Assembly (NCBI GenBank): GCA_040005235.1 | Contig: JBDTZG010000021.1 | Span: forward strand, 1 to 64,000 | DNA: 64,000 nucleotides | Direction: 5' to 3' | Source of the DNA: Acidobacteriota bacterium | GTDB taxonomy: Bacteria > Acidobacteriota > Thermoanaerobaculia > Multivoradales > UBA5704 | Shown: positions 1 through 9,345 of the stretch, one piece after another | Position numbering within the stretch: position 1 is the first letter of the stretch | Layout of the letters: each line of letters starts with the position of its first letter | Translations under genes and position numbers: made by a program | Notes under the pieces: model-generated | The model's input: only the letters and a program-made list of their open reading frames with translations | Told to the model about the DNA's origin: nothing | The model's database searches: none

Positions 1-212
1 ACGGCGATGGCACGGGCATCTTCGAGCGGCAGTTTGCGGCGGACGGACGACGCCTGGGCAACGAGACCCGGATCAACCTCGCCCGCGCGGGCGATCAGTT
101 TTCGCCCGCTGTGGCGCTCGCCCCGAACGGCCGGGGGATCGTCGCCTGGACCGGGCCGGATGGCGAAGGCGGGGGCATTTTCGCCCGGCGCTTCGCGCCG
201 CCGGCCCGCTGA
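1..212 (+). CDS. 3' end of a secreted repeat protein (partial)
   Basis: Frame from nt 3 reads GDGTGIFERQF...GDQFSPAVALAPNGRGIVAWTGPDGEGGGIFARRF to TGA 210-212, a repeat style typical of extracellular beta-propeller-like proteins. Confidence 0.65.
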   Translation, partial: GDGTGIFERQFAADGRRLGNETRINLARAGDQFSPAVALAPNGRGIVAWTGPDGEGGGIFARRFAPPAR

Positions 213-234
213 TCCGCTTCTCTACCGCCGCGCC

Positions 235-825
235 TCACCAGCCCAGAGCGGTTTTGAGCGCCTGGAGCCCAAACGCATGGCCGAGGGCGAGAGACGGAAG
301 CCCGAGCCCGAGAATGGCGACTCGGAAGGCGATCGTTCGCTGCGCAGCCCAGCCCCAGAGCAGCAGGAACCCGACGGCGAGCGTCGGGTAACCAACCAGG
401 GCGATCCAGGGGACGCCGAGCGTCGAGCGGGTGCCCTCCTGCCAGCGCGCCATGCCGACGTGGGCGAGGAACGGCTCGTAGAAACCGACCAGCGCGATCA
501 TGAACAGGGCGACCGCGCCGAGCGCCCGGGCGGGAGGGATGCGCCGGCCGATCGGCTCGCCGACGACCTCTTCGGCAAAGACCAGCGCGGCGTAGATCGA
601 GAACCCCCAGATGATCGTCGCGATCAACGGCGCCCGGCCGAGATGGAGCGTAAGCGGCGCGAAGTCGTAGAGCAGCGCGCGGATCGCCACCGCGTTCTCG
701 CGCAAAAGGCCGAGCAAGAAAAGGGTTGAGATCAGACCTACGCCGGAACGTCCGCGGCTCCATGCGGCATGCCCAAAGATCGCGAGAAACGAAGCGAGCG
801 TAAACAGCTCAATGAAGAGATGCAT
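235..825 (-). CDS. integral membrane protein, possibly CruF/DUF422 (carotenoid biosynthesis)-like
   Basis: 196 aa with about 6 hydrophobic segments; GRAPL..IW and LGVPW motifs. Confidence 0.55.
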   Translation of the reverse strand: MHLFIELFTLASFLAIFGHAAWSRGRSGVGLISTLFLLGLLRENAVAIRALLYDFAPLTLHLGRAPLIATIIWGFSIYAALVFAEEVVGEPIGRRIPPARALGAVALFMIALVGFYEPFLAHVGMARWQEGTRSTLGVPWIALVGYPTLAVGFLLLWGWAAQRTIAFRVAILGLGLPSLALGHAFGLQALKTALGW

Positions 826-828
826 GGC

Positions 829-1011
829 TCAGGTAGCGGTGCGGCGGGGCCGGAGAAGCGCCCAGCCCAGGAGCAAGGCGAGCGGCAGCTTGGGCAGCCA
901 AAGCACCGCGCCGAAGCGGAACGCTTCGATTCCGATCGCGATCGCGAGCATCGCCGCGAGGAGAGCGAGTGGAGCCCGTTGCAGAAGTCGAACTCTGCTC
1001 GGATCAGTCAT
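829..1011 (-). CDS. small membrane protein (60 aa)
   Basis: MTDPSRVRLLQRAPLALLAAMLAIAIG...; two TM segments; tightly packed between neighbouring minus-strand genes. Confidence 0.45.
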   Translation of the reverse strand: MTDPSRVRLLQRAPLALLAAMLAIAIGIEAFRFGAVLWLPKLPLALLLGWALLRPRRTAT

Positions 1012-1798
1012 GGGTCGCGGGTCGAACCGATATGGCCTGGAGGAGCGCCGCAAGAATCTCGGTGATCGCGAGGAAGCCGCAGAGGCAGCCGAACATGAAA
1101 ATCGGTTGGCCGACCTCCGGCCGTAGACGCATGCCGAGCACGCTGCCGAAACCGGCGAGGATTCCCAGGCCGAGGGCGATTTCGAGCATCCGGCTCGCGC
1201 GAGGCTCGTCGGCGCGCCAACGCCGCTCCAAATAGAGCAGCAGAGCACCGCCGGCCAGAGCGGCCGCAGTATGAACGCCGAGCCAGACTGAAAAGCTCGC
1301 CCGCTCTGCAGCGAGGCGCGCCGGGACCACAGAGAGAGTGCTGAAGCCCGAATCGATCGCGTACCCCCCGAGCGCCGCGGCGAGCATTGCAAGCGCCAAC
1401 CGATCGTTACCTTTCCGACGGGCGAGGGCTGCCGCGACCCCAGCCGCGGCGAGCGCCTGGAGCGCGGCGTACAGATGGGTGACCAGGCCGCCGTTGTTGA
1501 GGCTGAACAGAGCGTCCTCGGGCAGCAGGCCACCGACCATCGCGATCGCGAGGTCGAGCACCACCAGGATGCGAATCAATACCCCAGCCCATCCGGCCGG
1601 AAGCGGCAGCCCCGGACCGCGTCGCGGAGCTCGCGTGAGCCAGCCGAGCGCCAACGCCTGGACGATCGGGATCGCCACCATCGCCAGGATCGAGATCTCC
1701 CCCTGGTCGATGCGGCCGAGGGCGATCGTCGAAAGCGTCGCGGTCGCCGCCCAATAGGCGCCGAGGAGTGCGAGCCAGAGGTAGAGAAGGCGGCGCAC
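1004..1798 (-). CDS. multi-pass membrane protein, unknown function
   Basis: Hydrophobic ORF; likely GTG start at 1798 (VRRLLYLW). Confidence 0.6.
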   Translation of the reverse strand: MRRLLYLWLALLGAYWAATATLSTIALGRIDQGEISILAMVAIPIVQALALGWLTRAPRRGPGLPLPAGWAGVLIRILVVLDLAIAMVGGLLPEDALFSLNNGGLVTHLYAALQALAAAGVAAALARRKGNDRLALAMLAAALGGYAIDSGFSTLSVVPARLAAERASFSVWLGVHTAAALAGGALLLYLERRWRADEPRASRMLEIALGLGILAGFGSVLGMRLRPEVGQPIFMFGCLCGFLAITEILAALLQAISVRPATHD

Positions 1799-1959
1799 GA
1801 TGAGGAAGGGATCTCCAGGCGTGTAAAGGTCGAACGAGAAACGGCTTTGAGCTCGCTTTTCGGATTCTATGCCGGGAGCGATCCCGCCCGCCTGGTAAAC
1901 TCCTGCCGGTTCGGGCGGCTCCGTTCCGCCGCTCGAAAGCTCACGGAGGTCGGTACCCC

Positions 1960-2688
1960 ATGCGCAAGCTCTTCCGTCCAAGTCTCCTGCTCGTTTTCGG
2001 CCTCGCCGCCGCCCTGCCCGCCGCGGCGTGGGATGTCCGCGGCAATGCCTCCACCGCCGATTTTCGCGACTTCGCGCGCCGCTTCGCCTCGGCCGCCTAC
2101 GCCTATCCCGGCCATCCGGCCAAGGCGCTTGGGGTCACCGGATTCGAGGCGTACGCTGAGGCGTCGTACGACGACACGTTCGACGAGCAGCCGTTCTTCG
2201 CCGGAGCGGTCGACGGCGACCTCGACGGAGGTTTTCTCTCGATCGCCCGGGTGGGGATTCGCAAGGGGCTGCCCGGGCACGTCGATCTCGGCGTCTCGCT
2301 CGCCGAGGCGGTCGGCACCGATCTGCGGCTCGCAACCGCCGAGGTGCAATGGGCCTTCTTGGACGGCGGCACGGTCTCGCCCGCCGCGGCGCTGCGGATT
2401 ACCGCGACCCGGACGCAAGGGGGCGGCGGGTTCACGCTCGACCAGGTCGGTATCGAGGTGCTCGCGAGCAAGGGATTTCCGCTGCTCACGCCGTACATCG
2501 GCGCGGGCGTCGTGGCGAGTCGGGCGCGGCTCGATCGGACGGGACCTCTTTCCGATCTTTCCGACACCCACACCCAACCGATCGCCTACGCCGGCCTGCG
2601 GCTCTCCCTGCTGATCCCCAAGATCACCGCCGAGATCGAGCGCGGCGAAACGACGCAATACGCCTTGCGCGTGGCGCTCGGGTTCTAA
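1960..2688 (+). CDS. predicted outer-membrane beta-barrel protein
   Basis: Signal peptide, alternating beta-strand pattern, C-terminal YALRVALGF beta-signal. Confidence 0.7.
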   Translation: MRKLFRPSLLLVFGLAAALPAAAWDVRGNASTADFRDFARRFASAAYAYPGHPAKALGVTGFEAYAEASYDDTFDEQPFFAGAVDGDLDGGFLSIARVGIRKGLPGHVDLGVSLAEAVGTDLRLATAEVQWAFLDGGTVSPAAALRITATRTQGGGGFTLDQVGIEVLASKGFPLLTPYIGAGVVASRARLDRTGPLSDLSDTHTQPIAYAGLRLSLLIPKITAEIERGETTQYALRVALGF

Positions 2689-2692
2689 ACCC

Positions 2693-3742
<1,050 letters not shown>

Positions 3743-3783
3743 GCGAAAAGCTTCCGGAAGCTTCCGACGGTCCCCTTCCCGGC

Positions 3784-4206
3784 CTACATCGCCCCCTGAT
3801 TCAGCAGGTCCGCCCCCGCCTTGGCGATCAACCCATCTTCATTCGCCTGGACGCCGGAGACTCCGATCGCGCCGATCACTGTGCCTTCGTGGATCAGGCG
3901 CAGGCCCCCTTCGAGCGGCACGGTGCTTGGCAGGCCGAGGATCACCAGGTTGCCCTGTTTCAGCAGCGCTTCGTGGTACTGGGTGTCGCGGCGGTAGTTC
4001 GCGGAATGGGCGGCTTTGGCGAGGGCGATTTCGACGCTCGCGTTGGTCGAGCCGTCCATTCGGCGGAAATACATCAGCCGGCCCGATTCGTCGACGATCG
4101 CGATCGAGACGTTCCAGCCGTTCTTTTGCGCCTCGACCTCCGCGGCCAGGGCGATCTCCTCTGCGGCCGCGAGGGTGAGGGTGGTCTTCTGGGCGAGCTT
4201 CGGCAT
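3784..4206 (-). CDS. GlcG/HbpS heme-binding family protein
   Basis: VSIAIVD, IALAKA, GAIGVSG..A..D motifs. Confidence 0.85.
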   Translation of the reverse strand: MPKLAQKTTLTLAAAEEIALAAEVEAQKNGWNVSIAIVDESGRLMYFRRMDGSTNASVEIALAKAAHSANYRRDTQYHEALLKQGNLVILGLPSTVPLEGGLRLIHEGTVIGAIGVSGVQANEDGLIAKAGADLLNQGAM

Positions 4207-4228
4207 GGCGTTTCTCCGTCGCGTGGAG

Positions 4229-4621
4229 TTAGGGGATTCGGGCGATGAAGTCGATTTCGACCAGCGCCGCCTTCGGCAGTGCCGCGACCTGGACCGTCGA
4301 GCGGGCCGGCCGGTGGTCGCCCATGTGCTCGGCGTAGATCTCGTTCAGCTTGGCGAAGTCGGCGAAATCTTGGATGAACACCGTCGCCTTGAGCACGTCG
4401 GCAAACGAGCAGCCGGCGCTCTTGAGCACCGCATCGAGGTTCGCGAACACGCGTCGCGCTTGGGCCTCGAATCCGCCCTCGACGAGCGCGCCGGTCGCTG
4501 GATCGAGCGCCACCTGGCCCGAGGTGTAAAGCATTCCGCCCAGCGAGACCGCTTGCGAATAGGGGCCGATCGCGGCCGGGGCGTCGTCGGTGTGGTGATA
4601 ACCAATCTTGTCGGTCGTCAT
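4229..4621 (-). CDS. ridA: RidA/YjgF enamine-imine deaminase
   Basis: APAAIGPYSQA, SGQ, RPARSTVQVAALP..ALVEI. Confidence 0.93.
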   Translation of the reverse strand: MTTDKIGYHHTDDAPAAIGPYSQAVSLGGMLYTSGQVALDPATGALVEGGFEAQARRVFANLDAVLKSAGCSFADVLKATVFIQDFADFAKLNEIYAEHMGDHRPARSTVQVAALPKAALVEIDFIARIP

Positions 4622-4625
4622 GGGT

Positions 4626-5159
4626 TCACTCCTGGACGGGACCTTCATAGACCCCGATGTAAGGCAGGTTGCGGTAGCGCTCGGCGTAGTCCAGCCCGTA
4701 GCCCACGACGAACAGGTTTTCGATCGGAAAACCGCAGTAATCGATCGGCACCTCGATCTTCCGGGCTTCCTTTTTGTCGAGCAGGGTGCAGAGCCGGACG
4801 CTCCGGGCGCGGCGGAAGTGGAACAGGTCGAGGATCGTCCGCAGGGTGTAGCCGCTGTCGACGATGTCCTCGATCAACAGCACGTCCTTGTCGCGGATCG
4901 ACAGGTCGATGTCCTTCTTGATCCGCACCTCGCCGGGGCTGGTGCTGCTGCCGTAGGAGGAGGTCTGGAAGAAGTCGATCGCGCAGGGAATCGTCAGCCG
5001 CTTGAGCAGCTCGACCATGAAGAAGACCGAACCCTTGAGCACGCCGACGCAGATCAGCCGGTCGCTGGTCGCGAAGTCGCGATCGATCTCTTTGGCCATC
5101 TCGGTGATCCGCTTCTCGATCGCCTCTTGGGAGATCAGCACCCGCACGTCGTGTCCCAT
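4626..5159 (-). CDS. hpt: hypoxanthine phosphoribosyltransferase
   Basis: VLKGS, VLLIEDIVDSGYT, FVVGYGLDYAERYRNLPYI; RBS AGGAGG. Confidence 0.96.
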   Translation of the reverse strand: MGHDVRVLISQEAIEKRITEMAKEIDRDFATSDRLICVGVLKGSVFFMVELLKRLTIPCAIDFFQTSSYGSSTSPGEVRIKKDIDLSIRDKDVLLIEDIVDSGYTLRTILDLFHFRRARSVRLCTLLDKKEARKIEVPIDYCGFPIENLFVVGYGLDYAERYRNLPYIGVYEGPVQE

Positions 5160-5220
5160 CCCGGACCTCCTGAAGTAATATGACTTGGCTCGTCCAACGT
5201 ACCCGAACGGAACTTCGCAC

Positions 5221-6765
5221 ATGCCCAGCGTTCCAGAGCTTCAACTTCTCCATCGGCGCTATACCGACCTGTCGAATCGCTTCCGGGCGGCCTGGACGTT
5301 CCATCAGTTTCTGCAGGGACTGGCGAAAACCGTCCTCGATCGTCTGGGCGCGGACCACTCGACCGCGTTTCAAGACCTGTACAACGAGCTCAAAGAGATC
5401 TCCCAGGACTTGAACGCCGCGGCGGGCGACCTGCTGAAAGTGCGGCTCGACGCCGTCGACCGCCGGCTCTCCGACCTGATCTCTGCGCTGGAGGCGGAGG
5501 ATAGCAAAGTCGGGGCGAACTCCCTGCGCCAATTCTTCAAGCGGGTCCGCGGCTACGACGAGAAGATCCTCACCCAGCTGGTCAAGTTTTACCTATTCGC
5601 GCCGCGCCGCGAAGGCTGGCCGCCTGCGCGGCTGGACAAGGTCGACTTCCTGCTCGCCCGCCTGTCGGAAGAGGATGGCGAAGGGCAGCTCGGCCAGGGT
5701 CTGCGCCTGCGCGACACCCGCCATCTGCTGGAGATCTTCGACGGCCTCTGGATGCTGCTCGGCGCGCCGCCGCTCGCCCCCGAGGTGATCGCCTACCGGC
5801 GCGACGAGGTGGAATCGCTCCGCGCCGAAATCCAGGCGGTCGAAGGGCTGGACCAGCTCTACGAGCGCGAGGTGATCCAGCGCTTCCGCGAGCTGAAGCA
5901 CGGCCTCGCCGATTTCTACTTCGAGCCGTCGATCCTGATCTCCGTCCAGGCGACGAACCTGGTGCTCCGGGCGCGCATCCAAGAGCTCTACCAGCGCGAG
6001 GAGCGCCGGTTCATCTCGGAATACCAGCGCATCTTCGAGCTGGAGCGCCAGGTCTCGGGGAACGAAGAGCTGGATCAGGATCTCACCGCGTTCCGCGAGC
6101 AGATCGAGCGCTTCGAGCAGCGCATCCGGAGCGACGAGTTCAAGCTCGAAGACCTCGCCCAGATCCGCGAGAGCGTGCGCCACCTGCTGCCCCGGCTCGC
6201 CGAGGCGGGCGGCAAGGACCCCGCGCGGATCTTAGAGGACACGGGAGAGATCGAGCGGGCGGCGGCCGGCTCGGCGGTCGCCTCGCACTTCGAGCTGATC
6301 GCCGACCACTTCAAGCGCCTGGTCGACGCGATCCAAGACTTGTCGCCCACCACCGGGCCGCGGGAAGCGACTCTCACCCCGGACGTCTTTCCCCTCCGCC
6401 TGGAGGCCCGGGAAGTCCTCGCCTGCCGCCGCGTCTGCGGCGGAGACGATTCCGCCGCATCGATCGAGCGCTTCATCCTCGAATCCGCGGCGCTCCGCCT
6501 GCGCACCAACGAACAGGCCCAAGAAATCTCCGGCCTGCTCGACGAAACCGCCCGCACGGGAGCCTCGCCGATCTTCGATCAGGCCCGCGAGACCTGCCGC
6601 GTCGCCGACCTCTTCCTCTTCCGCTTCGACCACGAAGTCCACCAGGCCGTCCTCCGCTCCGACCTCGCCGGAGCCCGCGACCTGGAGCTGCTCCGCATGC
6701 GCCTGATGCGCGACTACTCGGGCCTCTGGCTGCTCGCGTATCGGCCGGAATTTTCTATGCGGTAG
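5221..6765 (+). CDS. hypothetical alpha-helical/coiled-coil protein
   Basis: 514 aa with strong GC3 codon bias; divergent from hpt. Confidence 0.75.
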   Translation: MPSVPELQLLHRRYTDLSNRFRAAWTFHQFLQGLAKTVLDRLGADHSTAFQDLYNELKEISQDLNAAAGDLLKVRLDAVDRRLSDLISALEAEDSKVGANSLRQFFKRVRGYDEKILTQLVKFYLFAPRREGWPPARLDKVDFLLARLSEEDGEGQLGQGLRLRDTRHLLEIFDGLWMLLGAPPLAPEVIAYRRDEVESLRAEIQAVEGLDQLYEREVIQRFRELKHGLADFYFEPSILISVQATNLVLRARIQELYQREERRFISEYQRIFELERQVSGNEELDQDLTAFREQIERFEQRIRSDEFKLEDLAQIRESVRHLLPRLAEAGGKDPARILEDTGEIERAAAGSAVASHFELIADHFKRLVDAIQDLSPTTGPREATLTPDVFPLRLEAREVLACRRVCGGDDSAASIERFILESAALRLRTNEQAQEISGLLDETARTGASPIFDQARETCRVADLFLFRFDHEVHQAVLRSDLAGARDLELLRMRLMRDYSGLWLLAYRPEFSMR

Positions 6766-6779
6766 GGGAGGGGGCGGGA

Positions 6780-7085
6780 TCAGCCTCTGCGGCGCCAGCC
6801 TTCCGGATCACGGCTCGCGTGGTAACAGGCGACGACGATCAATTCGTTGTCGCCCAGCCGGAAATAGAGACCGTAAGGGAAACGCCTCAGGAGTGCTCTG
6901 CGAGTGTTTCGATGCACTCGCGGACAGGCCAGAGGAAGAGCGGCAGCAAGATCTTCGGCTTGTTTTAAGCCTGTGAGGAAATCTTCTCCCAGGCCTGGCC
7001 TTTGTTCCTCATACCAGCGGTAAGCTTTCTGAACGTCTGTACTGGCTCGGCGCTGGTAGGTAACCTCGCGGCGCTCAGGCGCCAC
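6780..7085 (-). CDS. RelE/ParE-family toxin
   Basis: AYRWYEEQRPGLG..F, RRALLRRFPY.LYF, VVACYHASRDP. Confidence 0.9.
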   Translation of the reverse strand: MAPERREVTYQRRASTDVQKAYRWYEEQRPGLGEDFLTGLKQAEDLAAALPLACPRVHRNTRRALLRRFPYGLYFRLGDNELIVVACYHASRDPEGWRRRG

Positions 7086-7293
7086 GCCGCGCTTCCTTCA
7101 CCACGTCGTTCCAGGTCAGACCGTCGGGACCGTCGCGCTCCAGCTCATTCAGCCGATCGTCGAGGTCCTGCCGCTGCGTGCCGGTTAGCGCCATCGCTTC
7201 AGGCTGATGGCTCAGGCTCTCCCAGAGGCGTTCGATCAATCCGAGACGCTCTTCGGTGGAAAGCTCTTCGAAGTCGATCGCCGGTAGTGCCAT
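7075..7293 (-). CDS. addiction-module antitoxin (TIGR02574-like)
   Basis: LSTEERLGLIERLWESL...LDDRL...LTW; overlaps the toxin start. Confidence 0.88.
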   Translation of the reverse strand: MALPAIDFEELSTEERLGLIERLWESLSHQPEAMALTGTQRQDLDDRLNELERDGPDGLTWNDVVKEARRGA

Positions 7294-7641
7294 GGGCGAA
7301 GTATGCCATGTCACGCTCCTGATCGAAACCGTTGATCCAGCCTCGCCTCGACCGTCAGCGTGAACGAGCCCGCTCCGCCCTTTGTGCGAAATAGGACCTG
7401 AAAAACTTGGTCCTGCAGAAGGGGGTTGGACGATGCGAGGCGTCGCCGGGTTGTTTCTCGCCGCTGTTCTTGGCGCCGGCAACCTCGCCTGCGGTAAACC
7501 GTTGGCGCCCTTCTCGGTCTTTTTCGTCGACCGCTCGGTGGGCTCTTCCGCTTATCCTCTCGCCGTGAACCCGGCAAAGGTCGGTCCTTCCCCGGTCACA
7601 CCAAGTCCGGCGCGGGCGTGTTCTACGACGAAGTTTTGGGT

Positions 7642-7895
7642 TCCCGGTCTGGACCGCCGTCGCATCGGACGGCTCGGTCGACGAGACCAACTACACTCCC
7701 GTCAACTTCGCCTTCACCGGCGCGTCCCTGGGCTTTCTCGGGGCCTCGATCAACCCTTCGATCGTGGCCCACTACAACGTGACCAATCTCGCCGGCGCCG
7801 CCAATCCGGCCTGGACCACCCTGGAGCTCGGCGCGATCGATACCTTGGGCGTCGCGGGCTCCAGTCGACTGCCGAGCCGGACCGTCCCACCCAAG
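7642..7895 (+). pseudogene. degraded partial duplicate of the 14019-14531 gene and its 3' flank
   Basis: 7642-7853 aligns with 14089-14303 (mostly synonymous changes, one 3-nt indel); 7861-7895 matches 14569-14603 at 31/35; no start codon or signal peptide. Confidence 0.8.
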
Positions 7896-8033
7896 CCCGC
7901 CAAACGCAAGCGCTCCCTTCCGCTCATCCTCTCGCCGTGCAACCGGCACGAGTTGTTTTCATCCCAGGTCGAGCCGGAAAGATGTAAGAGCGCTCTCCCC
8001 AAGGATCGAGGAGAGCGCATCGGTCTCTTGCTT

Positions 8034-8837
8034 CTAGTGCCAGCAGTTACCTCCGGGCTGGTCATTGATGTGAACCCAGAATCGGTGGGTTGGGTCCCCG
8101 ATTCCGCCATAAGCCTGGAAGTACCAGCCCCAGCCGTCGTGGAATTCCGCTACGCGCCAGTTGATGCCGAGTTCTCTGGCGCATATGGCGTTGGCCTCGA
8201 AAAGGCTCTCGGGCGGGGTCGTGGCGCTTGTGGTCGCGACAACGCCACCCGACCACTTGTTGTAGATGTTGGAGTTGTTCACATTCGAAGGAAGCCGGAG
8301 GGGGAATCCAGCTCCGCTTTTCCGGATGCAGAGAATCGGCAGTGACTCCGTGCAGGGCGTATCCCCGTGGCGCGGGTCGCAGCCGGCGCAGCCGACTCGA
8401 ATCGTTCCTGCTGCCGAAGTAATTGGCGTGGCGAGGACCCAAGTCATCCCCTTGCGCCCTGGCACGCAGTCGGGCGCGATCACAGAGTAGCTTGCTTGAA
8501 AAGCAGAGTCACTTACCGTGACGGTGTAGGCGCCAGGTGTGACAGAGAAGTAAAGGATGTTGCCGCTCGGAGGGTTCGGGAATGATGCCGAGGTGGCTGG
8601 CAGGGGAGCGAAGCGATATCCAACGTCTGAAACCGACCAGCCAGAGCTTGTCGTGGCGACTACGTTGTAGGTAACGCCCTCGACCATCACGCATTGCCCC
8701 ACGACATTTCCGCTGTAGTTCTGCCTGGCCTCCGCCGCCGGAAGTGTCAGGAGAGGCGTCAACAGGCCCGGCAAGGCGAGCATCAACAGGCGGCGTAAGG
8801 ATGCTCGTGAAATCTTTCGGTTACCGACTACTCGCAT
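8034..8837 (-). CDS. secreted protein with a C-terminal Cys/Trp-rich domain
   Basis: RBS CAGGAGA; signal peptide; KGMTW...GC..CDP..GDT.C...LPILC...WSGG...C....G.NWRVAEFHDG.GW...FWV.INDQ..NCW. Confidence 0.8.
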   Translation of the reverse strand: MRVVGNRKISRASLRRLLMLALPGLLTPLLTLPAAEARQNYSGNVVGQCVMVEGVTYNVVATTSSGWSVSDVGYRFAPLPATSASFPNPPSGNILYFSVTPGAYTVTVSDSAFQASYSVIAPDCVPGRKGMTWVLATPITSAAGTIRVGCAGCDPRHGDTPCTESLPILCIRKSGAGFPLRLPSNVNNSNIYNKWSGGVVATTSATTPPESLFEANAICARELGINWRVAEFHDGWGWYFQAYGGIGDPTHRFWVHINDQPGGNCWH

Positions 8838-9345
8838 GATAATTCTCCTGTTGTTACCGCGATATCGACTTTGACCGGTAGGCCCGAATGGTTTTCCGGC
8901 AATTGTCTGGGGCGGTGCTACTGAACACAGGATGATTAGGGCAAGCTCAATGCCAGATGGAGAGAATCTCAAAAGGGATCTAGATTCAAAGAGTTGCGTT
9001 TAACACTCAGGACCGATGGGGCCCGCCGCTGGGGGTACGAATACCATAGCTATGGCAAAGGCACCGCAGACCCGGGAGGCTCGTTTGGCGCTCTGGACGC
9101 CGTAAGCCGCGACTGCCCCTCGGGCGAGAAGTGCAAGACGCCGATCACCGGCCAGAACCGCTGCGAGTAGACCGCCTCGGCGGAATCGTCCCACACCTGT
9201 TCTCACTCGGCGTGTCTTAGTAAAAGTTCGAGGTTGGGCAGCGCCGCCCGTTTTGGGCGGTCGCCTCAATTTTCGGCAATCGGGATCTCGTTGAACCGGA
9301 TTCTTCAGTCCGCTGAGGGATCGTCCAATAGATCGGAGTCACCCC

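Noticed and set aside
3748-3763. Perfect palindrome aagcttccggaagctt
   Set aside because: Single copy between convergent genes; most simply a terminator-like hairpin.
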